From: Longimicrobiales bacterium
Lineage (GTDB): Bacteria > Gemmatimonadota > Gemmatimonadetes > Longimicrobiales > Gaopeijiaceae
DNA: 64,000 nt
Assembly: GCA_965203485.1 (NCBI GenBank)
Contig: OZ241892.1
Span: 640,001 to 704,000 of the forward strand
Direction: 5' to 3'
Part shown: positions 10,193-20,102 of the stretch, piece by piece
Layout: each line of letters starts with the position of its first letter
How positions within the stretch are numbered: the first letter of the stretch is position 1
The notes under the pieces: model-generated
What the model was told of the DNA's origin: nothing
The model's database searches: none
The model's input: only the letters and a program-made list of their open reading frames with translations
Made by a program: the position numbers and the translations under genes

Positions 10193-10462
10193 GTCTTCGC
10201 CCGCCACTCCCGTGGGGCTGGTTCACGGCATCGGCCTCGCCGCCGGCGGATCCGCCTCCGCCCCGCGCGTGGGAGCGGGCCTCGTGCCTGCCGCCGACAG
10301 CAACCAAGACCGCTCTGCCCCCAGCGTGCGTGGGCAACCTTCACGGCCGTGCCCTTGGAGATCGTGGCCAGCGCTCCGCCCCGCGCGTGCGTGGGCAAGG
10401 GCTCGAAGGCGGCCGCTCGGCGCCGCCGTGCTGGCTCCGCCCCGCGCGTGCGTGGGGATTAC
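10193..10462. CRISPR. Degenerate orphan CRISPR-like array (4 clear plus 1 decayed repeat, 61-bp period, type I-E-like)
   Basis: Core CTCCGCCCCGCGCGTGCGTGGG starts at 10435 and 10374. Variants start at 10313, 10256 (4-bp deletion, so spacing 57) and 10195 (decayed). About 31-bp unique spacers; repeat folds as CCCCGCG-CGTG-CGTGGGG. No cas genes in window. Confidence 0.55.
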
Positions 10463-10538
10463 GGGCCTCAGCGGGCCAGCTGCCAACCCGGCGTGCCCGC
10501 CGCCGACCTGCCGCCGCGGCCCATTGCCACCTGGGGAG

Positions 10539-11660
10539 TCATCGCGCGAGCCACGAGCTGAACCTCTCGTTCATTTCGTCGGCGTTGTCGCTCCACCAGC
10601 GCCAGTCCGTGAAGAGCGAGACGACGTCTTCGCTCGGCCTGGGCGGCAGGTGCGGACGGATGTCGATGCCCGTCTCCTCGTGAATCGACACGAACTGGTC
10701 CGCCGAGTAGCGCAACGGGCTGTAGGATATGTAGCGGCTGATCGCCGCTTGCCGCTCCGGCGAGGTGGCGAACGCGACATAGTCGGTTGCGATGTCGAGG
10801 TTGGACGTGCCGGCCACGATCACCTGCTGTCCGATCCCGGCGACGTGGCCGTTCCAGATGATCTCGAAGGGTTGGTTCTCGAGGACTTGCGCGTTGAAGA
10901 TGCGTCCGTTCCAAGCGGTCGTCATCAGCACTTCGCCGTCCGCGAGCATCTGGGGCGGTTGCGCGCCGGTCTCCCACCAGACCACTTCGTCCTTGACCGT
11001 GTCCAGCTTGCGAAACGCGCGCTCCACGCCTTCGGGCGTGTCGAGCGTGGCGTACACCTCGCCGGGGGGCACTCCGTCGGCCATCAACGCGAACTCCAGG
11101 TTCTCCTGGGCGAATCGGCGCATGCCCCGGCGGCCGGGGAACCTCTCCAAGTCGAAGTAGTCGGCCAGCGTAGACGGCATCTCGCCGCTGAACTTCTCGG
11201 TGTTGAAGGCGATGATCGTCCCGTAGCGCAGGTTCCCGATGCCGCACTCGGTGAGCGTTCCCTCCGGATAGTCGTCCACGGCGGGCGTGCCGTCGGGAGC
11301 GGGCGCCAGCGCGGACTTGTCGATCCGCTCCAGCAGTCCTTCGTCGCAACCGGCCACGGCGTCCGCCAAGTCCATGTCCACTACGTCCCAGAACACGCGG
11401 CCCGCCTCGACTTGGGCGCGGATCTGGGCCAATCCTCCGTTGTAGTCGACGACCTCCACGCGAATCCCGGTCTGCTGCTCGAAGGGCTGGAACCACGCCT
11501 GTTCGGAGGCGCGTCCATAGGAGCCGCCGAAGGAAACGACGGTCAGCGAGCGCTCTTCGTCTTCGGCGGTGCAGGCGGCGGTTGCGGCCACCAGCGCGGC
11601 GCAGGCGAGGACTCGGCGCGCACGGCGCGGCGGCAACGGGTGGTTCTGGCTGTTGGTCAT
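10539..11660 (-). CDS. potD: Polyamine-type ABC transporter substrate-binding lipoprotein (PotD/PotF-like)
   Basis: Lipobox TAAC, LTVVSFGGSY, WDVVD, LEFALMADGV, AWNGR. Confidence 0.85.
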   Translation of the reverse strand: MTNSQNHPLPPRRARRVLACAALVAATAACTAEDEERSLTVVSFGGSYGRASEQAWFQPFEQQTGIRVEVVDYNGGLAQIRAQVEAGRVFWDVVDMDLADAVAGCDEGLLERIDKSALAPAPDGTPAVDDYPEGTLTECGIGNLRYGTIIAFNTEKFSGEMPSTLADYFDLERFPGRRGMRRFAQENLEFALMADGVPPGEVYATLDTPEGVERAFRKLDTVKDEVVWWETGAQPPQMLADGEVLMTTAWNGRIFNAQVLENQPFEIIWNGHVAGIGQQVIVAGTSNLDIATDYVAFATSPERQAAISRYISYSPLRYSADQFVSIHEETGIDIRPHLPPRPSEDVVSLFTDWRWWSDNADEMNERFSSWLAR

Positions 11661-12775
11661 GCGTCTCTTTCGTCGTCCAGGTTGAGGGCTCGGCAGTCCG
11701 TCGGGGTCCAGCCGATTCGAACGCGGTCGCCCTCCAGCACCGCGCCGTGGCCGACCACGTTGGGAATCTTGGCGATGAAGTCCGCGCGGCCGCACACGTT
11801 GAGGCGGATTCGCAGATGGTCGCCCAGGAACGTCATGTCCTCGATCGAAGCTTCCAGTTCGTTGGAGTAGAGACCGGGCTGAGGCGCGATGGCCACGCGC
11901 TCGGGGCGGATCGAGAGCGTCGTCTCGTCGCCCTCCGCCAAGTCGGCCACCCGCAGGGCGTGCACGACTTGGCCGCCGGTCTCGACCTCGCAGATGTCGT
12001 CGCTCACGGCGGTCACGCGGCCGTGCAGGGGATTGTTCTCGCCGATGAAGCGCGCGACGAAGGAACGCTGCGGCTCCTCGTACAGGGCCTCCGGCTCGGC
12101 GACTTGCTCCACCTGGCCGCCGCGCAGCACCGCCACGCGGTCCGACAGGACCATGGCCTCTTCCTGGTCGTGCGTCACGTACACCACCGTCACGCCCAGC
12201 GACTGGTGAATCCGGCGGATCTCGTACTGCATCTCCTCGCGCAGTTGCCGGTCGAGCGCGCCCAGGGGTTCGTCCATGAGCACCAAGCCGGGCTCGAAGA
12301 CGAGCGCCCGCGCGATCGCCACGCGCTGCTGCTGCCCGCCGGACAGCTGTCCCGGCCGGCGGTCCTCCATGTCGTGCAGGCGAACCAGTTCCAGGGCCCG
12401 CTTCACGCGGCTCCGTTGCTCGGCCTTGCCGATGCCGCGCACTTCCAGCGGGAACGCCAAGTTGCGGCCGACGGTCATGTGCGGAAACAGCGCATAGTTC
12501 TGAAACACCATGCCGATGCCGCGCTTGCGCGGCGGCAGCGACTCCACTGACCGGGCGCCGATGCGGATCACGCCCCCCGTGGGCGTCTCGAAGCCGGCGA
12601 GCATCATCAGGCACGTCGTCTTGCCCGATCCGGAAGGCCCGAGCATGGTGAGGAACTCGCCCTCTTGCACGGCCAGGTTCAGATCGGAGACGACCATGTT
12701 GCGACCGTCGTAGCTCTTGGAGACGCCTTGGAATTCGGCGTACGGGCGCTTCGTGCTGGGGGCGTCGTGGTCCAC
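11657..12775 (-). CDS. potA: Polyamine-type ABC transporter ATP-binding subunit (PotA-like)
   Basis: GPSGSGKTT, VFQNYALFPHM, LSGGQQQR, LMDEPLGALD, TOBE tail. Confidence 0.9.
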   Translation of the reverse strand: MDHDAPSTKRPYAEFQGVSKSYDGRNMVVSDLNLAVQEGEFLTMLGPSGSGKTTCLMMLAGFETPTGGVIRIGARSVESLPPRKRGIGMVFQNYALFPHMTVGRNLAFPLEVRGIGKAEQRSRVKRALELVRLHDMEDRRPGQLSGGQQQRVAIARALVFEPGLVLMDEPLGALDRQLREEMQYEIRRIHQSLGVTVVYVTHDQEEAMVLSDRVAVLRGGQVEQVAEPEALYEEPQRSFVARFIGENNPLHGRVTAVSDDICEVETGGQVVHALRVADLAEGDETTLSIRPERVAIAPQPGLYSNELEASIEDMTFLGDHLRIRLNVCGRADFIAKIPNVVGHGAVLEGDRVRIGWTPTDCRALNLDDERDA

Positions 12776-12914
12776 GCGGGCTCGCTTTGGAGTACGCCGG
12801 AGGGAACGAGATGGAACAGGACGGCGGCTCGGGAGAAGGCGGGACGACCAAGCCGCGTCGCGCAGGCAACGGGTTCCCGTGGAACCGCGCAACCAAGCGC
12901 TGGGTACGCCCTGC

Positions 12915-12944
12915 AAGCTAATCTGAGGGCGCGCGCCCCGGCAA
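12915..12944 (-). promoter_or_regulatory. Putative sigma70 promoter of pot operon
   Basis: Minus strand TTGCCG-N18-TAGCTT. Confidence 0.35.
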
Positions 12945-12993
12945 GTCGGGCGAGCGGTTGCTCCGGCCCCGGCGACCTGTCGAGCGCGCGCTT

Positions 12994-14664
12994 CTAAGGC
13001 CGGGCAGTCTTTCGCAACGCGCTGACCGCCAGTCCCGCGGCCACGACCACGACCGCTCCGATCACGTTGTACCAGAGAAACTCGACCTGGGGCGCCAGCC
13101 GGTTCACGGCCAGCACGGTGGTCATGCCCGCGATCAGCCCGCAGAAGGCTCCGGCGGCGCGGGCCCAGGGCATCATCGCAAGCAGGAAGACGCCCAGGAT
13201 CGAGCCGTACACGAACGAGCCCAACAAATTCACCACTTCTATCAGCGATCCCAGTCCGGCGGCGTAGACGGCGAAACCGCACGCCAACAGGCCCCAGAAG
13301 GCGGTCGCCGCCTTGGACGCGGCCAAGTAGTGGGCGTCGCTGGCCTCGGGGCGCAGCCAGCGGCGGTAGAAGTCGACCACCGTGGCGGTCGAGAGGGAGT
13401 TGAGTTCCGACGACACGCTCGACATCGCGGCGGCCAGGATGGCCGCCACGAACAGGCCCGCCAGGCCGACGGGAAGCTGTCCGAACACGAAGCGCGGGAC
13501 GATGTAGTTGACGTCGCTGGGGCTCTCGCCGGTCACCTCGCCCGCCAGCGCCAGCGCCTCGGCGCGGACGTCCTGCACGGCGGCCTCGCGGGCGCGGAAG
13601 GCGTCCAGAGCCTGCGCGGCGGCTGCCTCGTCCTGGGCTTCCACGGCTCGCAGGGCCGCGCTCTCGCGAAGCGCGAAGGCGACGTCGAAGCGCGCCTGGA
13701 GCGCCGCGTAGTCTTCGCTCCGGGCCTCCGTGACGGCGCTCTCGTGCGCGGGGTTGAAGAGGAGCGGCGGCCGCTGAAACTGGTAGAAGACGAAGATCAG
13801 CGCCCCGAGCAGGAGCACGAGCGCCTGGAGCGGAATCTTCCAGTACGCGCTCATGAGAAGGGACGTCTTGGCCTCGCCGACCGACCGCGCGGCCAAGTAC
13901 CGCTGGACCTGGCTCTGATCGGCGCCGAAGTACGACATCATCAGGACCGTCCCGCCGAACAGCCCGGACCAGAACGTGTACTTCTCGCTGAGCGAGAACG
14001 AGAAGTCGAACACTTGGAGGCGTCCCGTGGCGCCTGCGATCTCGAGCGCGTCGCCCGGAGCCACGGGCAGCTGCACGAGAAGGGTCGCGAGGACCGCGAC
14101 CAGGGCGGCGACGATCAGCAGCATCTGCTTCACGTCCGTCCACATGACTGCGCGGACCCCGCCGAACATCGTGTACAGGACCGTGGGCGCGCCGATGAGC
14201 GCGACGCTCCACAGCAGGGGCCACCCGAACATGGCCGAGACCACCACGCCCGGCGCCGAGATGATCGTTCCGGCGGCGAGGCCGCGCGAGATCAGGAAGA
14301 GGAACGCGGTCAGCGCCCGCGTCCCGGGGCCGAACCGGCGTTCCAGGAACTCGTAGGCCGTGTAGACGCGGGCGCCGCGCAGCAGCGGCACGAGCGTGAC
14401 GCCGAGCAGGACCATCGCGATGGGCAGCCCGAAGTAGAGCTGGACGAAGCGGAGCCCGTCGGTCGCGCCTTGGCCGGTGGTGCCGATCAGCGTGATGGCG
14501 GACAGCTGGGTGGCCATGACGGACAGGCCGACCGCCCACCACGGCAGAGAGCGGCCCGCCAGGAAGTACCCTTCTATGCGGCGCGTGCCCCTGGAGCGGC
14601 GCAGGCCGTCGGCCACCACGTAGACGAGATACGCGCCTACGACGATCCAGTTGAGAGGATGCAC
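12994..14664 (-). CDS. Sodium:solute symporter (SSS) family transporter
   Basis: YFLAGRSLPWWAVGLSVMATQLSAIT, DQSQVQRYL, AAMSSVSSELNSL. Confidence 0.9.
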   Translation of the reverse strand: MHPLNWIVVGAYLVYVVADGLRRSRGTRRIEGYFLAGRSLPWWAVGLSVMATQLSAITLIGTTGQGATDGLRFVQLYFGLPIAMVLLGVTLVPLLRGARVYTAYEFLERRFGPGTRALTAFLFLISRGLAAGTIISAPGVVVSAMFGWPLLWSVALIGAPTVLYTMFGGVRAVMWTDVKQMLLIVAALVAVLATLLVQLPVAPGDALEIAGATGRLQVFDFSFSLSEKYTFWSGLFGGTVLMMSYFGADQSQVQRYLAARSVGEAKTSLLMSAYWKIPLQALVLLLGALIFVFYQFQRPPLLFNPAHESAVTEARSEDYAALQARFDVAFALRESAALRAVEAQDEAAAAQALDAFRAREAAVQDVRAEALALAGEVTGESPSDVNYIVPRFVFGQLPVGLAGLFVAAILAAAMSSVSSELNSLSTATVVDFYRRWLRPEASDAHYLAASKAATAFWGLLACGFAVYAAGLGSLIEVVNLLGSFVYGSILGVFLLAMMPWARAAGAFCGLIAGMTTVLAVNRLAPQVEFLWYNVIGAVVVVAAGLAVSALRKTARP

Positions 14665-14680
14665 GCGCCCAGCGCCCGCG

Positions 14681-14824
14681 TCAGCGGTGGTAGGCGGCCT
14701 GAAGCGCCCAGAGGAGGCCCAGAGCAACCAGCTGCACCAGGAGGACGCGGGTCAGGACGCGCCGCAACGGAGGTTGCGGTCCGTCGGCGGGCTCGGAGGC
14801 AGGGGCCGGCTTGGCCGACGCCAT
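14681..14824 (-). CDS. Small 47-aa single-TM protein, probable SSS partner
   Basis: MASAKP...RVLLVQLVALGLLWALQAAYHR; ends 16 bp before the SSS start, same strand. Confidence 0.55.
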   Translation of the reverse strand: MASAKPAPASEPADGPQPPLRRVLTRVLLVQLVALGLLWALQAAYHR

Positions 14825-15088
14825 GGGCTTCGCTCGGTCGGGAGGTCGGGTGGCGCGCGACGCCGTCGCCGGCGGGCCTTGGGGGGAGCCGTGGCGCTCT
14901 TCGCTGGTGGTCGTCGCCGGGACAAGGTGGGCCCGCGAGCAGCGCGACGCCAGCGGCGGCGGCCGCCGCCGATCCCGGGCCCGGAGCCGCGCCGCGTGCC
15001 TGGTGGCCGTCTCGCCGCCGGGGGCCGCGAGGTCTGCCGGCCCGCGGTCGCGCCGCGCGCCTGGGGCCGTCCCTGCGGAGAGCCGGTG

Positions 15089-15117
15089 TTGACCGGGCCC
15101 GGCAACGGACCGATACT
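15089..15117 (+). promoter_or_regulatory. Putative sigma70 promoter of infC operon
   Basis: TTGACC-N17-GATACT about 75 bp upstream of infC. Confidence 0.5.
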
Positions 15118-15190
15118 TCAGGTCTGCAACCGGTTGCGGTGGCGGTCCTGCCCGAAGCCGGTCCCCGCGCAACGCAAGGAGAGAGTCAAG

Positions 15191-15706
15191 ATCGTAGAAA
15201 AACGTGTCCGAGTGAACGAGCAGATACGGATCAGTCCGATCCGCCTGATCGATCAGGCCGGCGGACAGGTCGGCATCGTTTCCTTGGACGAGGCTCGCAT
15301 GCGGGCTGGAGAGAAGGGCCTTGATCTGGTGGAGGTATCGCCGGACTCGAGGCCGCCGGTCGTCCGCATGATGGACTACGGAAAATACAAGTACAAGGCG
15401 GCTCGGGCTGCCCGGGAAGCGAGGAAGAAGCAGCACACGGTTCAGGTCAAGGAGGTCAAGTTCCGTCCTGGGATCGAGAACCACGACTACGACTTCAAGC
15501 TGTCCCACGCCCGTCGCTTCCTGCAGGACGGCAACAAGGTCAAGCTCACGATCATGTTTCGAGGACGCCAGGTCGCCCATCCCCAGCTGGGGCAGGACGT
15601 GCTGTTGCGGCTGACGAAGGACTTGGAGGAGCTGGGCCGGGTCGAGCAGTACCCCAACTTCGAGGGGCGGCAGATGTCGATGGTCATCGCGCCGCTCAAG
15701 AACTGA
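15191..15706 (+). CDS. infC: Translation initiation factor IF-3 (probable ATC start)
   Basis: [35 protein letters not shown] 9 nt before in-frame ATC. Confidence 0.95.
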   Translation: MVEKRVRVNEQIRISPIRLIDQAGGQVGIVSLDEARMRAGEKGLDLVEVSPDSRPPVVRMMDYGKYKYKAARAAREARKKQHTVQVKEVKFRPGIENHDYDFKLSHARRFLQDGNKVKLTIMFRGRQVAHPQLGQDVLLRLTKDLEELGRVEQYPNFEGRQMSMVIAPLKN

Positions 15707-15731
15707 GAACCAAGGCTCGGACGAACGAAGA

Positions 15732-15929
15732 ATGCCCAAGATGAAGTCGAACCGGGGTGCGGCGAAGCGGTTCCGTCGCACGGGAACCGGCAAGCTCGCG
15801 AGGATGCGGGCCTACAAGTCGCACATCCTCACCAAGAAGAACAGGAAGCGGAAGCGCAGGTTGCGGACGGGCACGCTGGCGTCGAAGGCCGACGCGGCGC
15901 GCGTGCGGCGCATGCTTCCGGGCTCCTGA
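15732..15929 (+). CDS. rpmI: 50S ribosomal protein L35
   Basis: [14 protein letters not shown]...HILTKK. Confidence 0.97.
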   Translation: MPKMKSNRGAAKRFRRTGTGKLARMRAYKSHILTKKNRKRKRRLRTGTLASKADAARVRRMLPGS

Positions 15930-15945
15930 AAGAGGAGACCGCGAC

Positions 15946-16311
15946 ATGCCACGCTCGACGAGGGCCGGTGCGCGCAAGAAGCGCAAGAAGAAGATGCTGG
16001 GCGCCGCGAAGGGATACTTCGGCGGCCGCAAGAATCTCTTCCGCACGGCGAAGGACGCCGTGGAGAAGGGCTGGGAGCACGCCTACCGGGATCGCCGAAA
16101 GAAGAAGCGGAACTTCCGGCGCCTGTGGATCGCCCGCATCAACGCGGCGGCCCGGCAGCACGGCCTCTCGTACTCGCGCTTCATGAACGGACTGCGCAGC
16201 GCGGGCGTCGAGCTGGACCGCAAGGCGTTGGCCGACTTGGCCGCCCGAAGCCCCGAGGCGTTCGCGTCGCTCGCCGGCCGGGCCAAGGCCGCCCTGGGGC
16301 GCACGGACTAG
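15946..16311 (+). CDS. rplT: 50S ribosomal protein L20
   Basis: [29 protein letters not shown]. Confidence 0.97.
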   Translation: MPRSTRAGARKKRKKKMLGAAKGYFGGRKNLFRTAKDAVEKGWEHAYRDRRKKKRNFRRLWIARINAAARQHGLSYSRFMNGLRSAGVELDRKALADLAARSPEAFASLAGRAKAALGRTD

Positions 16312-16390
16312 CGCCGGAGCGCTTCGCCGCTCGACGCGCTGGCCGCGACCGCGTGCGCATCGTCGAAGCCGCGACCCGCGCGGGCGCTTC

Positions 16391-17404
16391 GTGAAGCAGG
16401 AGTTGCGGCGGATCGAGGCGGACGCCGTCGCCTCCATGCGCGAGGCCGCGGACCCGGACGCGCTGGAACGGGTGCGGGTGCGCTTCCTGGGACGCAAGGA
16501 AGGGCTGTTGTCGGCCGTCTTGAGGGGCGTCGGACGACTGTCGCCCGAACAGCGTCCGGCGGTGGGCGCCGAGGCCAACCGGGTGAAGGCGTCGCTCGAG
16601 CGGGCGCTGGCGGACCGGGCGGCGGCCCTGGCCTCCAGCGCCGAGCCTGCGGGTGCGCGGGGGCCGGACCTCTCCTTGCCGCCTCGCCGCCGGTGGCGCG
16701 GATCCATGCATCCGGTCAGCCGGGCGATCGACGACATCTGGGCCATCTTTCGAAGCTTGGGGTTCGTCCGCGTCCGCGGTCCCGAAGTCGAGACGGAATG
16801 GTACAACTTCGTCGCGCTCAACACTCCGCTGGACCACCCGGCCGCCGACGAGCAGGACACCCTCTACCTGGGCCCGGGCCTGCTTCTCCGCAGCCACACC
16901 TCGCCGGTGCAGATCCGCACGCTGCAGCGCCATGCGCCGCCCATTCGCGTGATCGCGCCGGGCATGGTCTACCGGCGCGACACCTACGACGCGACCCACA
17001 CGCCCGCGTTCGCGCAGGTCGAGGGCCTGGTCGTCGACGAGGGCGTGACGTTCGTCGATTTGAAGGCGACGCTGGCCGAGTTCGCGCGTCGGTTCTGGGG
17101 ACCCGGCACGCAGGTGCGGTTCCGTCCGTCCTTCTTTCCGTTCACGGAGCCGTCGGCGGAGGTGGACGTGAAGCGGGTCGTGACCCGTGCCGATGGTTCG
17201 CGGGAGGAGACCGGTTGGATCGAGATCATGGGCGCGGGAATGGTGGATCCGGCCGTCCTGGAGAACGTGGGGTGCGATCCGGAGCGCTGCACGGGCTGGG
17301 CCTTCGGCATGGGACCGGCGCGCGTGGCCATGCTCCGGCACGGGGTGCGGGACATCCGGCTGTTCTTCGAGAACGACATGCGGTTTCTGCGGCAGCTCGC
17401 CTGA
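16391..17404 (+). CDS. pheS: Phenylalanine-tRNA ligase alpha subunit
   Basis: LLRSHTSPVQIR, FRPSFFPFTEPSAEVD, GWAFGMG. Confidence 0.97.
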   Translation: MKQELRRIEADAVASMREAADPDALERVRVRFLGRKEGLLSAVLRGVGRLSPEQRPAVGAEANRVKASLERALADRAAALASSAEPAGARGPDLSLPPRRRWRGSMHPVSRAIDDIWAIFRSLGFVRVRGPEVETEWYNFVALNTPLDHPAADEQDTLYLGPGLLLRSHTSPVQIRTLQRHAPPIRVIAPGMVYRRDTYDATHTPAFAQVEGLVVDEGVTFVDLKATLAEFARRFWGPGTQVRFRPSFFPFTEPSAEVDVKRVVTRADGSREETGWIEIMGAGMVDPAVLENVGCDPERCTGWAFGMGPARVAMLRHGVRDIRLFFENDMRFLRQLA

Positions 17405-17483
17405 CCGTGGCGCGTGGACCGGCGGCGGGGCGCGACGCGCTCGCGGTTCGGCTCCAGCCTGCCGGCGTGGTGCAGGTGCGCGC

Positions 17484-20102
17484 GTGAACGTCTCCTGGAG
17501 ATGGCTTGCGGACGTGGCTCCGGGAATGGAGTTGTCGCTGGGCGAAGCCATGGAGCGGCTGGCCATGCGGGGCGCGCCGGTGGAGCGCGCCGCGAACCTG
17601 GCCGAAGGGCTGGAGGACGTGGTCGTCGGACGGGTGCTGTCGGCGCGGCCGCATCCGAACGCCGACCGCCTGACGCTGTGCCGCGTGGCCGGCCCGGCCG
17701 GCGAGGTGCCGGTGGTGTGCGGGGCTCCCAACGTGCGGGCTGGGGCCTTCTACCCGTTCGCGCCGGTCGGCGCGACGCTTCCGGGCGGCTTCAAGATCGG
17801 GCGGCGCAAGATTCGCGGGGAGCCCAGCGAGGGAATGCTGTGCTCCGAGCGGGAGCTGGGATTGGGAAGCGACCACGAGGGCATCATGCTGCTCGGCGGC
17901 GGCGATGCGCCGTTGGCCGCCGGCGCTCCCTTCGCCGGGGCGGTGGGGCTGGACGACGTGCGGATGGAGGTGGAGGTCACGCCCAACCGCGGCGACTTGC
18001 TCTCGCACGTGGGCGTTGCGCGCGAACTTCATCCCTTGGGGCACGCCGGCATCGTTCTGCCCGACTTGCCGGGAGGCGCGACCGGCGGCCCTGCGGGGCT
18101 TCCGCCGAGCGGCGGCGGCGGCGTTCTGCCGGTCCTGCTTGGCGCGAAGGACGTTGCGCTCCTCCGGTTCCAGGCGGATCCCGGCGCAAGCGCGCCCTGC
18201 GCGCCGATAGACGTCCGGGTGGAGGACCCCGCGCTCTGCTCCCGGTACGTGGCCGTGCTGGTTCGCGGCGTGACCGTGGGGCCGTCCCCCGCTTGGCTCG
18301 CGAACCGGTTGCGGGCCGTCGGCGCGCGCCCGGTCAACAACGTCGTGGATGCCACCAACTACGTCATGCTGGAACTCGGGCATCCCTTGCACGCCTTCGA
18401 TCTGGCGCGGCTTGCCGGCCCGGCGATCGTCGTGGGCCCGGCCCGGCCCGGCGAGTCGATCGCGACGCTCGACGGACAGCGGCGCGAGCTGGCGCCGAAC
18501 ATGCTGACGATACGGGACGCGAACGGTCCCGTGGCCGTGGCGGGGGTGATGGGCGGGCGAGACTCCGAGGTGTCGGCCGGGACGACCGACGTAGTTGTGG
18601 AGTGCGCGCTCTTCGATCCCAAGTGCATTCGGGCGGGCCGCCGGGCGCTCGCCATGTCGACCGAGGCCAGCTACCGCTTCGAGCGCGGCGTCGATCCGGC
18701 GTCGGCGCCGCTTGCCGCGGGGCGCGCCGTGCAGCTGATCCGCGCCGTCGCCGGTGGGGAGGTGGACGGTCCTGCGCTCGACGCCTGTCCGGCGCCGTGG
18801 TCGCCGCCGGTCGTCTCGTTGCGGCCGGCTCGGGTGGCCCAGGTGCTGGGAGTCGAGTTTGGACCGCGGGAGATCGAAGACCTCCTGAAGCCGCTCGGGT
18901 ACGGTGTCGCCGCCGGCCGGCAGGGCTGGCGGCGAGCCGGGCACGAGCAGGGCGGGGACGAAGCGGTCGGCGTAGGCGGCGGCACGGACGGCCGCGCGTC
19001 CGGGCCGGACGCGCTGGACGTGCTCGTGCCCGGGCACCGGGCCCACGACACGACGCGCGAGGCGGACCTGATCGAGGAAGTCGCGCGCGCCCACGGCTAC
19101 GACGCCTTCCCGTCGGAGCTGGGTGCATTTCGTCCCGGCTCGGTGGTCGGCGACGCCCGCTTCGAGCTGGAGGACGCGCTGCGGGCCGACTTGGCGGCCG
19201 CGGGGCTTTCCGAGGCCCAGACGCCCGCGCTCGGTCCCGAGGAAGACGGCGACGTGGCCGTGCTCAACCCGGCGTCCGCCACCGAGGGCTTCTTGCGCCG
19301 GGACTGCCTGTCCGGGTTGCTCCGCCGCACCGAGCTCAACATGTCGCGCGGCGTCCGCGACGTGCGCCTGTTCGAGATCGGCACCGCCTTTGCCCCAGCC
19401 GAGGACGCGGCCCCGGCGGAGTCGCCGCGGTGCGCCGCGGTGCTCGCGGGGGCGCGCGAACCGGGACACTGGTCGCGGCTGCCGGAGACCTTCGACGTGT
19501 ACGACGCCGCGCGCCTGCTGGAAATCGTCGGCCGCGCCGCGTACCCAGGCGGCCGAGTGTCGGAGGCCGTCGCGCGGGCCGGCGTGTCGGAGGCGGCGCC
19601 CGGCGGCCTCGACTTCGCTGCGCCCGGCGCACCCGGCTTCGCGCCCGGCCGCGTATTCGAGCTGGCGAGCGCGTCGGGCGAGATCGTCGGGCGAGCGGGC
19701 GAAGTCGCCGCCGATCGCTGGGACCTGCCTCCTTGGGCGGGCGTCGTGATCGGCGCCGAGGCGCGCTTGCCGGAGCGGCCGCCCAACCGGTCCGACCCCA
19801 TCGCCCGCGACCTGCCGGACCAGCCGGCCTCGCAACGAGACGTGGCGTTCTTGGCGCCGCCGGGCGCGTCCGCGGGCCGTGTGCTCGAAGCCGCGCGCGC
19901 GGGCGGGGGCCGGCTGGTCGAGCACGCCGAGGTGTTCGACGTGTACGAGGGCGACGACCTGCCGCCGGGCATGCGGTCCGTGGCGGTCCGCTTGCGTTTC
20001 CGCGCCCGTGGCCGGACTCTCACCGACGCCGAGATCGATCGGGCATTGGAACGAGCCGTGGCCAGGGCCAAGGAGGAGACTGGTGTCGAGCCAAGGGGCT
20101 GA
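17484..20102 (+). CDS. pheT: Phenylalanine-tRNA ligase beta subunit
   Basis: HPNADRL, VCGAPNV, TPNRGDLLS, NNVVDATNYV, SYRFERGVD, DLIEEVAR, C-terminal FDX-ACB domain. Confidence 0.95.
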   Translation: MNVSWRWLADVAPGMELSLGEAMERLAMRGAPVERAANLAEGLEDVVVGRVLSARPHPNADRLTLCRVAGPAGEVPVVCGAPNVRAGAFYPFAPVGATLPGGFKIGRRKIRGEPSEGMLCSERELGLGSDHEGIMLLGGGDAPLAAGAPFAGAVGLDDVRMEVEVTPNRGDLLSHVGVARELHPLGHAGIVLPDLPGGATGGPAGLPPSGGGGVLPVLLGAKDVALLRFQADPGASAPCAPIDVRVEDPALCSRYVAVLVRGVTVGPSPAWLANRLRAVGARPVNNVVDATNYVMLELGHPLHAFDLARLAGPAIVVGPARPGESIATLDGQRRELAPNMLTIRDANGPVAVAGVMGGRDSEVSAGTTDVVVECALFDPKCIRAGRRALAMSTEASYRFERGVDPASAPLAAGRAVQLIRAVAGGEVDGPALDACPAPWSPPVVSLRPARVAQVLGVEFGPREIEDLLKPLGYGVAAGRQGWRRAGHEQGGDEAVGVGGGTDGRASGPDALDVLVPGHRAHDTTREADLIEEVARAHGYDAFPSELGAFRPGSVVGDARFELEDALRADLAAAGLSEAQTPALGPEEDGDVAVLNPASATEGFLRRDCLSGLLRRTELNMSRGVRDVRLFEIGTAFAPAEDAAPAESPRCAAVLAGAREPGHWSRLPETFDVYDAARLLEIVGRAAYPGGRVSEAVARAGVSEAAPGGLDFAAPGAPGFAPGRVFELASASGEIVGRAGEVAADRWDLPPWAGVVIGAEARLPERPPNRSDPIARDLPDQPASQRDVAFLAPPGASAGRVLEAARAGGGRLVEHAEVFDVYEGDDLPPGMRSVAVRLRFRARGRTLTDAEIDRALERAVARAKEETGVEPRG

